From: Polyangia bacterium
GTDB lineage: Bacteria; Myxococcota_A; Polyangia; Fen-1088
DNA length: 61,278 bases
Assembly: GCA_045802645.1 (NCBI GenBank)
Contig: JBJMQQ010000052.1
Span: forward strand, 1-61,278
Direction of reading: 5' to 3'
Shown here: in pieces, positions 18,452 to 28,118 of the stretch
Layout of the letters: each line of letters starts with the position of its first letter
Position numbering within the stretch: position 1 is the stretch's first letter
Notes under the pieces: generated by a model
What the model was told of the DNA's origin: nothing
The model's input: only the letters and a program-made list of their open reading frames with translations
Databases searched by the model: none
Program-made: the position numbers and the translations under genes

Positions 18452-20383
18452 CTATTGGGCCGGGCGGTAAAGGAAGCCGTCGCTCTGGGTGACCGCCAGC
18501 AGGAGCTGCTTGATGTTGTAAGCCCCACCGGCGAACGCCGTGTTCACTGACTGCTGGTTGCAGGCGTCGCCCGATTGCAGCGACCGGCCGTACGCGAACC
18601 GCATCCAGTGCGATGCGAAGCAGGATTCCACGTCCGCCGACGAGGCGAGCAGCTTCACCAGCTCGACGCCGTTGTTGGCCATCCCGTCCACCCCCGGCAC
18701 GCCGCCGTGCGCGTCGATCGTCGTGTCGTAGGCCATCTGCGTGGCCGGGTCGACCCAGTGCTCCGCGCTGCGGTAGAGGCCGATGGCGTCATAGTTCTCG
18801 AACGGCAGGCCCAGCGGATCGATCGACTTGTGGCAGACGGCGCACTCTGGCTTGGCCGAGTGCAGGCCGTAACGCTCGCGGGCGGTCTTGGCGCTGTAGG
18901 GATCCGGCGCGACCGGGTTCAAGCCGGCCGGGACCGACAGGTTCTTGCACATGAGCTTGTTGATGATGAAGCTGCCGCGCAACACCGGGTTCGTGAGGTC
19001 GGTGGTGGTGAGGCCGGCCATGATCCCGCCCATGGTCATCAGGCCAACCCGCTGATCGGGGTTGAGGGTCACCTTCGTGAGGTCCGTGCCCGTGACCGGC
19101 GCCGTCCCGGGCGCAAAGGCGGCTGTGCCGTAGTAGTTGAACAGCGACTTGTTCACGAACGTGTACGGCGCCGTCAGGATGGCCGGCCAGCTGCCCGGCA
19201 TGTACGGCGGCGACGACTGCGACGTGTTCTCGAAGATCTCGTACTGAAGGACGCGCTGAACCTCCGACCGCATCGCGACGCCGATGCTGGATGACCAGCT
19301 CGGAAACAGCGTCGTGCTCCGCGTGAGGCCAGCGAGGTCCGGGATGGGCAGCAAGTTGTCGAAGAAGAACGCCACCATCTGACGGGTGCGCGTATCGTCG
19401 ACCATCTTCTTGGCCTGCGCGGCCACGCCGTCGTTGGTGTCCAGCATGCCGGCGTCGGCCGCCTGGAAGAGGGTCGCGTCCGGCATGGTCTGCCAGAACA
19501 GGTACGACAGGCGCGTCGCCATCTCGCGTCCGGTCACCCGCTTGACGTCGCTGTTCCCGGCGACGGGCGTTCCCATTTCGACGCGGTACAGGAACTCCGG
19601 GGCCTGCAGCAGCACCTCGATCATCGCCGCCACGCCCGAAGCGAACGTGACCGTCGACGACAGGGCGCGCACGGTCTTGTAGAACGTAACCAGCTCGTCG
19701 ATTTCGCTGGTCGCCACCGTCCGGCGGTAGGCGCGCGAGGCCAGCGACGTGGCGATGGTGCGCGCGCAGGACTCCTCGTTGGCTGTCGTCACGTTCATCG
19801 CGCAAGCGTTCAGCTTGCCCAGCGCGGTCGAGTCGGCGGTCGCCCGCGCCGCGATCGACTCGGCAACCGTCTGGTACTTTTCGACCAGCAACGACGAGGG
19901 CGCCTGGTCGTCGGCGTCGTTGCCGAAGAGGCTCTGGCCGCTGTCCACCTGGGGCGGCAGCGCGGTGCCGGGGCTGGTGGTGTCTCCCAGCAGGTCCCGC
20001 ATCGTGTTGTTGTACTCGTACGTCGTGAGCCGCCGGATGGGCGCGCGGCCGGGTGCCACCGTATTACAGGCGATCAGCTGCGTTCCGCCGGACCCGGTCC
20101 CGGTCCCAGCTCCGGTCCCAGTCCCGCTCCCCCCCGCCCCCACGACGATCGAGGAGCCCCCCTGACCGTTGCCAACGACGGGCCCGGTGCCGCCGGCCCC
20201 ATCCAGGGTCCGATTTTGCAACTTTTGGTCGATCTGGCCGACACAGGCCGTTCCCAAGACCGCCGCTAACACCGCGTAAGTACTGGCGCGACCCGCGGCG
20301 CGTCGACCCGCTGTGCGGGTGGGATCCGGCGTCTCCGGCCGGTGCGCGGGGCTGGCGCACCTCGTTCCCTCAGCTCTGGGCAT
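18452..20383 (-). CDS. DUF1592/DUF1588/DUF1595/DUF1587 domain protein
   Basis: IRRLTTYEYNNT.RDLLG, LQAPEFLYRVE, RLSYLFWQTMPD, PVLRG, CAVCH..IDPLG.PFENYDAIG. Confidence 0.9.
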   Translation of the reverse strand: MPRAEGTRCASPAHRPETPDPTRTAGRRAAGRASTYAVLAAVLGTACVGQIDQKLQNRTLDGAGGTGPVVGNGQGGSSIVVGAGGSGTGTGAGTGTGSGGTQLIACNTVAPGRAPIRRLTTYEYNNTMRDLLGDTTSPGTALPPQVDSGQSLFGNDADDQAPSSLLVEKYQTVAESIAARATADSTALGKLNACAMNVTTANEESCARTIATSLASRAYRRTVATSEIDELVTFYKTVRALSSTVTFASGVAAMIEVLLQAPEFLYRVEMGTPVAGNSDVKRVTGREMATRLSYLFWQTMPDATLFQAADAGMLDTNDGVAAQAKKMVDDTRTRQMVAFFFDNLLPIPDLAGLTRSTTLFPSWSSSIGVAMRSEVQRVLQYEIFENTSQSSPPYMPGSWPAILTAPYTFVNKSLFNYYGTAAFAPGTAPVTGTDLTKVTLNPDQRVGLMTMGGIMAGLTTTDLTNPVLRGSFIINKLMCKNLSVPAGLNPVAPDPYSAKTARERYGLHSAKPECAVCHKSIDPLGLPFENYDAIGLYRSAEHWVDPATQMAYDTTIDAHGGVPGVDGMANNGVELVKLLASSADVESCFASHWMRFAYGRSLQSGDACNQQSVNTAFAGGAYNIKQLLLAVTQSDGFLYRPAQ

Positions 20384-20631
20384 ACGGCACCTCGGTCTGA
20401 ACTACTGTCGATGGGGGCGACACTTTGTTTAAATGAAGAGACGCGCTCAACGGAAAAAACGGGTCAACCCCGGGCACGCCGGGTGTGCGCAATGTGTGTG
20501 TAGGGGGGCGATCAGACCGCCGGCGGCGAGGCTTCACAGTATTGAAAGGGGCGCTGCCGGGTTTTCCTGCGGCTAATTTTTCTCTCCCCCCGCCGGCCGG
20601 CGCCGGACGTACCGTCTGGCATCATCCCCGG

Positions 20632-21801
20632 GTGAACGACACGCCCCGGCCCCCCCAGTCCGACTGGCCTCTCGACCCGGAGGTCACCTACCTCAACCAT
20701 GGCGCCTACGGGTCGTGCCCGCGGCCGGTGCAGCGGGTGGCGGACGCCTTCCGCGCGCGCTTCGAACGGGCGCCGATGCAGTTCGTCATCCGGGACGCGG
20801 AGTCCTTGATCGACGCCGCCCGGGCGGCCGCGGGTCCCCTGATGGGCGCCGACGGCGAGGATCTCGTGTTCGTCCAGAACGCCACGACCGCGGTGTGCAC
20901 CGTGCTCGCCTCGTTGCCGGTGCGCCCGGGCGACGAATTGCTGGTGACCGACCACGCATATAACGCCTGCCGGAACGCGCTGGACCTCCATGCCCGGCGC
21001 ACGGGCATGGCCGTCGTGGTGGCGCGGGTCCCGTTTCCGTCCGCCGGCCCGGACGAGGTGGTCGCCGCCGTTCTCGGGGCGGTCACGGCGCGTACCCGAC
21101 TGGCGCTGCTCGATCATGTGAGCAGCCCGACGGCGCTGGTCTTCCCGATCGCCGCGCTGGTGCGCGCCCTGGCGGCCCAGGGGGTGGACACGCTCATCGA
21201 CGGCGCACACGCACCGGGGATGCTCCGGCTGGACCTCCGGTCCCTGGGCGCGACCTACTATGCGGCGAACCTGCACAAGTGGTGCGGGGTTCCCAAGACG
21301 GCGGCCGTCCTCTACGTGCGGCGGGATCGCCAGGCGGACGTGCACCCGCTGGTCATCGGCCACGGCGCGAACTCGCCCCGCACGGACCGGTCGCGCTTTC
21401 TTCTGGAGTTCGACTGGATCGGGACGCACGACCCGGCCGCGGTGATGTCGTTGCCGGCCGCCTTGCAATACATGAGCGGCCTGCTGCCGGGGGGGCTGCC
21501 GGCGCTGCGCGAGCGGAACCACGAGCTGGCGGTGCGCGCCCGCGCGCTGCTGATGGACGCCCTGGCGATCCCGGCGCCCTGCCCTGCCGAGATGTTGGGC
21601 GCGATGGCCACCCTGCCCCTCCCCGTGACGACCTCCGCGCCGGCGCTCTACGAGGCGCTCTGGCGCAAGCATCGCATCGAGGCGCCGGTGTTCGACTGGC
21701 CTGCCCCGGGCCGGCCCATGCTGCGCGTGTGCGCGCAGATCTACAACGACCTGTCCCAGTACCAGAAGCTGGCCGAAGCCGTCCGGTCCGAGCTTCGTTA
21801 G
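20632..21801 (+). CDS. Aminotransferase class V PLP enzyme (isopenicillin N epimerase/cysteine desulfhydrase-like)
   Basis: YLNHGAYG, NATT, DHVSSPT, IDGAHAPG, NLHKW. Confidence 0.9.
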   Translation: MNDTPRPPQSDWPLDPEVTYLNHGAYGSCPRPVQRVADAFRARFERAPMQFVIRDAESLIDAARAAAGPLMGADGEDLVFVQNATTAVCTVLASLPVRPGDELLVTDHAYNACRNALDLHARRTGMAVVVARVPFPSAGPDEVVAAVLGAVTARTRLALLDHVSSPTALVFPIAALVRALAAQGVDTLIDGAHAPGMLRLDLRSLGATYYAANLHKWCGVPKTAAVLYVRRDRQADVHPLVIGHGANSPRTDRSRFLLEFDWIGTHDPAAVMSLPAALQYMSGLLPGGLPALRERNHELAVRARALLMDALAIPAPCPAEMLGAMATLPLPVTTSAPALYEALWRKHRIEAPVFDWPAPGRPMLRVCAQIYNDLSQYQKLAEAVRSELR

Positions 21802-23033
21802 TTGAAGACGTCCAGCGGGATGGCGCTGGCGATCGCGCTGTAGCCCGCCTGGTTCGGGTGGACGTGATCGCAGGTCAGGCCCGGCAGCAAGGCCCACGCG
21901 GGATCGCTCGGGTCCACCACCGCGGGCTCGAAGTCGATGACGGCGTCATAACTGGGCTCGGCGGCGCCCAACCGCTTGTCGTGCGCGCGGATCCAGTCGT
22001 TGACGTCGTGTGCAACCTGGACGTTGTCACCGACGTCCTTCACGGAGTGCCCGAAGGGAAGTATCGGGATGCCGGCGATCTTCTTGCCCGCCGCGTGTGC
22101 CTTTGTGATCGCCTGGGCGTAGGCGTCCTCCAGGAATTCGGCATCGACCTCTTCGTAAGAGATGTCGTTCACACCCATCAGGACCGTTACCCAACGAACG
22201 TTGGGAAGCGTCAGCAACTCATCGAGCCGGGTCAGCCCGCGGAGCCCGGCCCCGTCCGATGACGCGAATCGGCCGGACCCGATACCGGCGTTGAACACCG
22301 CGACGGCCGTTCCGTCGGCAAGCGCCGGCAACCTCGCCGCCAGCAGGTCCGGCCAGTCCCCGTTGGCGTCGACGTTCGAGCACGCGCCTTCGGTGATCGA
22401 ATCGCCAAGCGCCACGATGGACGCGGCGGGCCCGGGCGAGAGGACCTGAACCTCGTAGACCACGAACACCTGACGCGTGCTGGAAGGGAACGAAAACGAG
22501 ATCGAGGACACCTGGTTGCCAGCCTTGTAGTAGGACGTCTTGATCTGTCCGCGCCCGCCTTCCGTCGCCGGCGTGAAGCTGCCAGGCGTGTAGACGGAAA
22601 TGGCGACGTCCTTCCCACCGGTCACCGCGAGGGCAACGGGATCGCTCCAGACGTCGGCGCCGGCGGACACCGTGACGGAGGGGGCGCCGCCAAACGTGAG
22701 CGCGCGGTCCGTTCCCCCGACGATTCCGCTGCCCGAGCCCCGGACCGCGACGTGGGCAGCGCCGACCGCCAGCGGCGCGTTTCCGAAGCGCTGGCTCAGA
22801 CGCACGCGCACCTGTGAGCCCCCGGTCGTCAGGTGCGCCATCACGCGCAACGTACGGCCCGACAGGCTGGGCACCGGGTCGACGAACTTGTGATTGGTCG
22901 TGATGGTGGACGAGAGGGGCCCGCGCCCGCCCCAGGCCGAAACCCACGTCTGCCCCGCAGCAGGGGCCGCCCACGAGGCGAACAGCGCCACACCACCCAC
23001 GACCCGCACGACTGACGAAAGAGAACGCCTCAT
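21798..23033 (-). CDS. Secreted SGNH/GDSL hydrolase
   Basis: Signal peptide; ALGDSITEG, NAGIGS, GVNDI, DHVHPN. Confidence 0.9.
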   Translation of the reverse strand: MRRSLSSVVRVVGGVALFASWAAPAAGQTWVSAWGGRGPLSSTITTNHKFVDPVPSLSGRTLRVMAHLTTGGSQVRVRLSQRFGNAPLAVGAAHVAVRGSGSGIVGGTDRALTFGGAPSVTVSAGADVWSDPVALAVTGGKDVAISVYTPGSFTPATEGGRGQIKTSYYKAGNQVSSISFSFPSSTRQVFVVYEVQVLSPGPAASIVALGDSITEGACSNVDANGDWPDLLAARLPALADGTAVAVFNAGIGSGRFASSDGAGLRGLTRLDELLTLPNVRWVTVLMGVNDISYEEVDAEFLEDAYAQAITKAHAAGKKIAGIPILPFGHSVKDVGDNVQVAHDVNDWIRAHDKRLGAAEPSYDAVIDFEPAVVDPSDPAWALLPGLTCDHVHPNQAGYSAIASAIPLDVFN

Positions 23034-23125
23034 GTTCGGCTCCTTGTTCGGCCCGAACACAACGTGGCGCGCGCCACTTCTTCCCGGCGTTCACGCGGCA
23101 GGTCGCCGCGACGCGCCCCGCGGGG

Positions 23126-23410
23126 TCACCCGCCGCGGTCGGGTGGCGCCGAGCCTGCTCGATGCGTGGCGCGGGCCGCTTCGGCGATGTCCGCCAGAAT
23201 GGCGCGCGCGCGTGGCAGCAACGTCGCGCCCGATGGCAGGAGGCGCACGCCGCGGGACGTTCGCTCGAACAGCTTCACGCCGAGCTCGTCCTCGAGTGAG
23301 CGCATCTGGCGGCTGAGGGGCGGCTGGGACAGGTGCAGGCGAGCGGCCGCGCGACCGACGTTTCCCTCTTCCGCGACGGCGACGAAGTATTCCAGCTGCG
23401 AGAGGCTCAC
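23126..23410 (-). CDS. Short LysR-type regulator (HTH and linker helix only)
   Basis: [52 protein letters not shown]; stops at 94 aa. Confidence 0.85.
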   Translation of the reverse strand: MSLSQLEYFVAVAEEGNVGRAAARLHLSQPPLSRQMRSLEDELGVKLFERTSRGVRLLPSGATLLPRARAILADIAEAARATHRAGSAPPDRGG

Positions 23411-23458
23411 AGTCCGCCGAGCTTAGCACGCAGCCGCAGCCGGAATGTCCCGTCTGCC

Positions 23459-23473
23459 AGATCGAAAAGGTAT
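23459..23473. promoter_or_regulatory. Putative LysR (CatR/BenM-type) recognition site AGATC-N5-GGTAT
   Basis: Lies between the divergent LysR and map genes; close to the CatR-type AGACC-N5-GGTAT site. Confidence 0.45.
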
Positions 23474-23509
23474 TGGATCGACGCCGGTGCGGACCTGCAG
23501 AGTCGAGCG

Positions 23510-24271
23510 ATGGCGATCGAGATCCTCGGGGCCGCCGAAGTCGCGGCGATGCGGCGGGCTGGGCGGGTGGCCGCCGCCACCCTTGCCATGGTCGGGGCGC
23601 GTCTCTCGGCAGGCATCTCGACGGCCGACATCGACGCCTGGGTCCGCGCGGACACGTCGCGGGTTGGCGGCCGGCCGAGCCAGCTCGGCTTCCATGGATT
23701 CCCGGCGGCCGTGTGCACGAGCCGCAACGCCGTCGTCTGCCACGGAATCCCGAGTCCGCGAGAACGTCTGGCGCCCGGCGACATCATCAACGTCGACGTC
23801 ACCACCGACCTGGGCGGTTTTCACGGCGACACGTCGGCAACGTTCTTCGTGGGTGAGCCCAGCCCGGACGCGAGACACGTCGTGGAGACCGCGCGGCGCT
23901 GTCGGGATGCGGGAATCGCCGAAGTCCGCGACGGGGTACGCCTCGGCGACGTCGGCGCAGCCATCGAGGAGCTGGCCACGCGCGAGGGCTGCTCCGTCGT
24001 GCGCGACTTCGGCGGGCACGGAATCGGCCGTCGCATGCACGCGCCGCCGACCATCCTTCACGTCGGTCCGCGCGGCATGGGCCTGCGGCTGCGCGAGGGC
24101 ATGGCCATCACGATCGAGCCCATGATCAACCTGGGCGCCGCCGACGTCCGGCAGCTCGACGACGGATGGACGATCGTGACCGCCGACGGTTCGCTGTCCG
24201 CGCAGTTCGAGCACACCGTCGTCGTCACCCGCCAAGGTTGCGAGATCATGACGCTGCCGCCGCCGGCCTGA
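23510..24271 (+). CDS. map: Type I methionyl aminopeptidase
   Basis: VVCHGIP, DIINVDVT, FHGDTS, GHGIG, TIEPMIN, SAQFEHT. Confidence 0.95.
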   Translation: MAIEILGAAEVAAMRRAGRVAAATLAMVGARLSAGISTADIDAWVRADTSRVGGRPSQLGFHGFPAAVCTSRNAVVCHGIPSPRERLAPGDIINVDVTTDLGGFHGDTSATFFVGEPSPDARHVVETARRCRDAGIAEVRDGVRLGDVGAAIEELATREGCSVVRDFGGHGIGRRMHAPPTILHVGPRGMGLRLREGMAITIEPMINLGAADVRQLDDGWTIVTADGSLSAQFEHTVVVTRQGCEIMTLPPPA

Positions 24272-24278
24272 GCGCGCG

Positions 24279-24710
24279 TCAACCGCCCCTGAGCACCTTC
24301 TGGAGCAGTCGCGCGAGGTTGGTCCGCTCTTGCGTGGTGAGCGCCCGGAACCCGCGCCGGTTCGTGGCTTCGACGATCGGGTAGGCCCGTCGCAGCAGCG
24401 CCCGGCCCGTTCTGGTCAGCCGCACTTCTGCCTTGAGGCCCGCGCCGCCCGATTTGCGCCCGACGAGCCCGGCCTTCAACAGCGCGGCCACGGACTCGCT
24501 CGCGCTCTGCGGCGTCATCAGGACGCGACGGGCAAGCTCGGCCTGACCGAGGCCCGGCTCGCGGGCCAGCCACGCCAGCATGCTGAACTGCCGAGGGTTG
24601 ATGCCTTCTTCGCGCAGGGCGGCGCTCCAGTCTCGCCCGATCTGGTCGGCCACCCGGGCCAGCAGATAGCCGAGCTGTTCTTCGGGGTCGAGGGGACTGA
24701 TTGGCTCCAT
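24279..24710 (-). CDS. MarR family regulator
   Basis: LGYLLARV, QFSML, QAELARRVLMTPQS, VRLTRTG. Confidence 0.9.
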   Translation of the reverse strand: MEPISPLDPEEQLGYLLARVADQIGRDWSAALREEGINPRQFSMLAWLAREPGLGQAELARRVLMTPQSASESVAALLKAGLVGRKSGGAGLKAEVRLTRTGRALLRRAYPIVEATNRRGFRALTTQERTNLARLLQKVLRGG

Positions 24711-24749
24711 CAGGTGCCTGATGCTATATCATCCATCAGGTACCTGATG
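24708..24749. promoter_or_regulatory. Twin 16-bp palindromic operators CATCAGGTRCCTGATG
   Basis: 24708-24723 CATCAGGTGCCTGATG and 24734-24749 CATCAGGTACCTGATG (perfect); each contains a start codon. Confidence 0.85.
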
Positions 24750-25238
24750 GCTATTCGCGCGCACCAAAAGCTGCTGACGCTCACCGCGGTGGTCGGTTTC
24801 GCGTGGTGGCTGTTCGGAAATTTGTACGAGGCGATCGTCATCTCGCCGAACTGGGTGGTCGACAGCCCGACGCAGCTCGCGCGGTTGAATGCGTTCTTCG
24901 TCAACACGACGCCGACCGCGTATTTCATCCCCGTCGTGCCGATCGCGACACTGCTCGCCTGGACGGCCTGGGCGTTCAACCGGGACGCTCGCCTGGCGGC
25001 CGACTACCGGCGCGCTGGGGTGTTCGCCGCGGCGGCCATGGCGGTGAACACCCTGATCGTCGCGACGCTCATCTCGCGGCTCTTCGCGCGTGACTTCGCG
25101 GTCTGGGGCGCGCAGCTCCACATCTACGCGTGGAGATGGAATGCTCTCAACGTCGTGCGGATGGCGCTGGTGGCGACAACGGCGGTGTACCTCTTCCAGG
25201 CGTTCCGGAAGCTCGATCGCGCCGAGCACCAAGGCTGA
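24747..25238 (+). CDS. DUF1772/anthrone oxygenase-like membrane protein
   Basis: Four TMs; FGNLYE...PNW; RWNALNVVR. Confidence 0.75.
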   Translation: MAIRAHQKLLTLTAVVGFAWWLFGNLYEAIVISPNWVVDSPTQLARLNAFFVNTTPTAYFIPVVPIATLLAWTAWAFNRDARLAADYRRAGVFAAAAMAVNTLIVATLISRLFARDFAVWGAQLHIYAWRWNALNVVRMALVATTAVYLFQAFRKLDRAEHQG

Positions 25239-25255
25239 CGCGAGCCGCGAGGCGA

Positions 25256-26659
25256 TCAGGCGTCGCCGTCGCGGGCACGGCGGCGGGTCAGGCCCAGCTC
25301 GGTCAGGCGGGCCACCAGCGTTCGGCGCGGGATGCCCAGTTGCCTTGCCGCCTCGCTCTGGTTGCCGGCGCAGCGGTCGATCGCCTCCAGAATCCGCGTG
25401 CGCTCCAGCGCCTTGAGCTCCGCCTGGAGGCTGTGCGGGTGATGCTGCTCTTCGGACGCGAACACCGCCGGCCCCGGCGTTTGCGGCTTTTCGACCCGAA
25501 TTGCGGCCAGCAGGGACGGCGGCAGATGTTCGGGCAGGATCGTGCTGTCGGTGCACATCACGGCGGCGCGCTCGACGGCGTTGCGAAGCTCGCGGATGTT
25601 GCCTGGCCAGTCGTGGCGCCGAAGAACTTGCAGCGCGGCCGGCGAGATGGCGGGAGGTGGCTCCCGCTCCAGATCCCGACAAACCGCCGAAAGGAAGGTG
25701 CGCGCCAGCGCCTCGATCTCCTGGGGCCGCTCCCGTAGCGGCGGAATCACCAGCGCCACCCCGTTCAGGCGGAAGTAGAGATCGGGACGCAGGCGGCCCT
25801 GCCGGCTATCGGCCTCGACGTCCCGGTTGGTCGCCGAAACGACGCGCACGTCGATGGGACGCGCGCGCGTCGACCCGAGGCGCGTCACGACGCGCTCCTC
25901 GAGGACGCGCAGGAGCTTGGCCTGAGTTCCCAGCGGGAGCTCGCCGACTTCGTCCAGGAAGACCGTGCCGCCGGCGGCGGCCTCGAACAGGCCCGCCCGG
26001 GCCAGCGCGCCAGTGAATGCGCCCCTCTCGCTGCCAAAGAGCTCACTCTCGAGCAGCGAGTCGGCGAGCGCGGCGCAGTTGATGCCGATGAACGGCCCCT
26101 TCGCGCGCGGCGAGTGCGCGTGGATCGCCCGCGCCAGGACCTCCTTGCCGACCCCTGTCTCGCCCAGCAGCAAAACGTTGATGTTGGCGCGGGCGACTCG
26201 TGCCGCCTCGACGTAGAGCTTCCGCATCGCGGGGTCGTTCAAGACGACGCCCGGCGCGCTCGCGGAGCCCGGCGAGGCCGCCGACTCGAGATCCGGAAGC
26301 TCGACCCGCGGCGCGTGGCGCACGACGACGCACGCGGTTCCGAACAGCAGGCAGTCGCCGACGGCCAGATTGGCCTTTCGGCCCAGCAACTGCCGCACGT
26401 TCAGTTGCAACGTTTCGTTGCCCGCGCTCGCGTGCTCGGCCTGGCGCAGGAACGTTCCGTTCGCGCCGCCCAGGTCCTCGATCTCGAGGTGCTCACCGAC
26501 GCGCAAGACGGCGTGCTGGCGCGACACGGACGGATCGTCGATGCGGACGGCGCTCGCCTCGTCGCGACCAATTGTCACGTCACCGCCGCGGGGCAAATCG
26601 AATGCGCGGACCTCCTCGCGCGAGAACACGACCAGCTGAAAACCCCGCTCCGGCTCCAC
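25256..26659 (-). CDS. FHA-domain sigma-54 enhancer-binding protein with Fis HTH
   Basis: IGR...VSRQHA...SANGT-like FHA; GETGVGKE, ESELFG, GAFTGA, FLDEVGE, WPGNIRELRN, NQSEAARQLG. Confidence 0.95.
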   Translation of the reverse strand: MEPERGFQLVVFSREEVRAFDLPRGGDVTIGRDEASAVRIDDPSVSRQHAVLRVGEHLEIEDLGGANGTFLRQAEHASAGNETLQLNVRQLLGRKANLAVGDCLLFGTACVVVRHAPRVELPDLESAASPGSASAPGVVLNDPAMRKLYVEAARVARANINVLLLGETGVGKEVLARAIHAHSPRAKGPFIGINCAALADSLLESELFGSERGAFTGALARAGLFEAAAGGTVFLDEVGELPLGTQAKLLRVLEERVVTRLGSTRARPIDVRVVSATNRDVEADSRQGRLRPDLYFRLNGVALVIPPLRERPQEIEALARTFLSAVCRDLEREPPPAISPAALQVLRRHDWPGNIRELRNAVERAAVMCTDSTILPEHLPPSLLAAIRVEKPQTPGPAVFASEEQHHPHSLQAELKALERTRILEAIDRCAGNQSEAARQLGIPRRTLVARLTELGLTRRRARDGDA

Positions 26660-26725
26660 CGCGGGGCAGTATACGCTGCGCCCGCGGGGCGGCGCGCGAG
26701 TGTTAGTCTGCGCCGAGCCGCCCGG

Positions 26726-27979
26726 ATGACAACGACGCTACATCTCCCGCCCGTCATCGCGTCCCGGTACGTTCCGGTTCGCCTGATCGCGAAGGGCGGG
26801 ATGGGCGCGGTCTACGAAGTCGAGCACGCGCGGACAGGCGAGCACCTCGCGCTCAAGGTGCTTCTGTCCCGGGTGGGCTCGTCGCCGGAAGCCGTCGAAC
26901 GGTTCAAGCGCGAAGCGCGCGCGCCGGCGCGGATCAAGAGCGAACACGTGGTCCGCGTGACCGACGCCGACGTCGCCGCCGAGCTGGAGGGGGCGCCCTT
27001 CCTGGTCATGGAGCTCCTGGACGGGGCCGATCTGGAACAACAGGCCGCAACCTCCCCGCCCGCGCCAGCCGAGGTCGTCGATTGGCTGCGGCAAGTGGCG
27101 CGAACGCTGGACAAGGCGCACGGGCTGGGGATCGTCCACCGTGACCTCAAACCGGAGAACCTGTTCCTGGCCAAGGCCGAGAACCGCGCTTCCATCGTCA
27201 AGATTCTGGATTTCGGGATCGTCAAGATGACCGAAGAGGGGACCGCCGGTACCGGGTCCGGAGAGATCCTGGGGACCCCGAAGTACATGTCCCCCGAGCA
27301 AGCTTCGGCGAAGGGGCGAATCACTTCGGCGGCAGACCGGTTTTCGCTGGGGTTGGTCGCGTACCGGTTGCTGACCGGCCACAGCTATTACAGCGGCGGC
27401 GTGCTGAACATCCTGGCCGAGCTCCTGCACACACCGATCGAGCCGCCGTCCAGGCGCCATCCCGGTCGTGAGCTTGGCGCCGCGTTCGATGCCTGGTTCC
27501 TGAAGGCTTGTAACCGCGATCCGAAGGCCCGTTTCGCGTCCGCGTCGGAACAGATCGAATCGCTGTCGGCGGCGCTGGGGCTGCCGGGCGTCGCGATGCC
27601 GCCAGCGCCGGAGCCGACTCCGGAAGAAGCATCTCGCCCGGGTCGGCGCGCGATCGTCACCACGATTCTGGTGACCGCCGGATTGGCGGTCCTCTTGCTG
27701 GCTGCCGCGATGTTCACGAAGCGTCCCGGCGCCGTCGGATCCCGCGCGATTGCGCCAGCGGTCGTTCCAGCCGAAACGCCGAAGGTGCCGGCCATTCCGC
27801 CGGCGACGGCGCCACCACCCGCGGTCCCAGGCGCCAACACAGCGGATGTCCTGGCGCCGTCGGTGCCCGCCGCAAGGCCGCGCCCGCGCCGTCCTCGCCC
27901 GCCACCTGCGGACTCCCCTGCCCCCGGTCCGGGGACGCAGAAGCCGACCACGGCGGATCCGTATGCGGACCAGTACTAA
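26726..27979 (+). CDS. Membrane Ser/Thr protein kinase
   Basis: KGGMGAVY, ALK, HRDLKPEN, DFG, GTPKYMSPEQ; TM and Pro-rich tail. Confidence 0.95.
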   Translation: MTTTLHLPPVIASRYVPVRLIAKGGMGAVYEVEHARTGEHLALKVLLSRVGSSPEAVERFKREARAPARIKSEHVVRVTDADVAAELEGAPFLVMELLDGADLEQQAATSPPAPAEVVDWLRQVARTLDKAHGLGIVHRDLKPENLFLAKAENRASIVKILDFGIVKMTEEGTAGTGSGEILGTPKYMSPEQASAKGRITSAADRFSLGLVAYRLLTGHSYYSGGVLNILAELLHTPIEPPSRRHPGRELGAAFDAWFLKACNRDPKARFASASEQIESLSAALGLPGVAMPPAPEPTPEEASRPGRRAIVTTILVTAGLAVLLLAAAMFTKRPGAVGSRAIAPAVVPAETPKVPAIPPATAPPPAVPGANTADVLAPSVPAARPRPRRPRPPPADSPAPGPGTQKPTTADPYADQY

Positions 27980-28118
27980 GAGGAGTTTGCGCCGTTTCTG
28001 CGCGGCTCAATCGCCTGAGCCATCGGAAGCTGCGCAGGAACGGCGCAGATCCAAGCCTCGGCAACCGACAAGTCCTCGCCTTTGGGTTGGCGCCATCGTT
28101 GCTCTGGGGAGGGGACCA

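Noticed and set aside
20485-20631. N-terminal extensions in the ORF track (also 6094, 23333, 26114, 28574, 42207, 34854, 41054)
   Set aside because: They overlap promoters or neighbouring genes; downstream starts fit the family N-termini better
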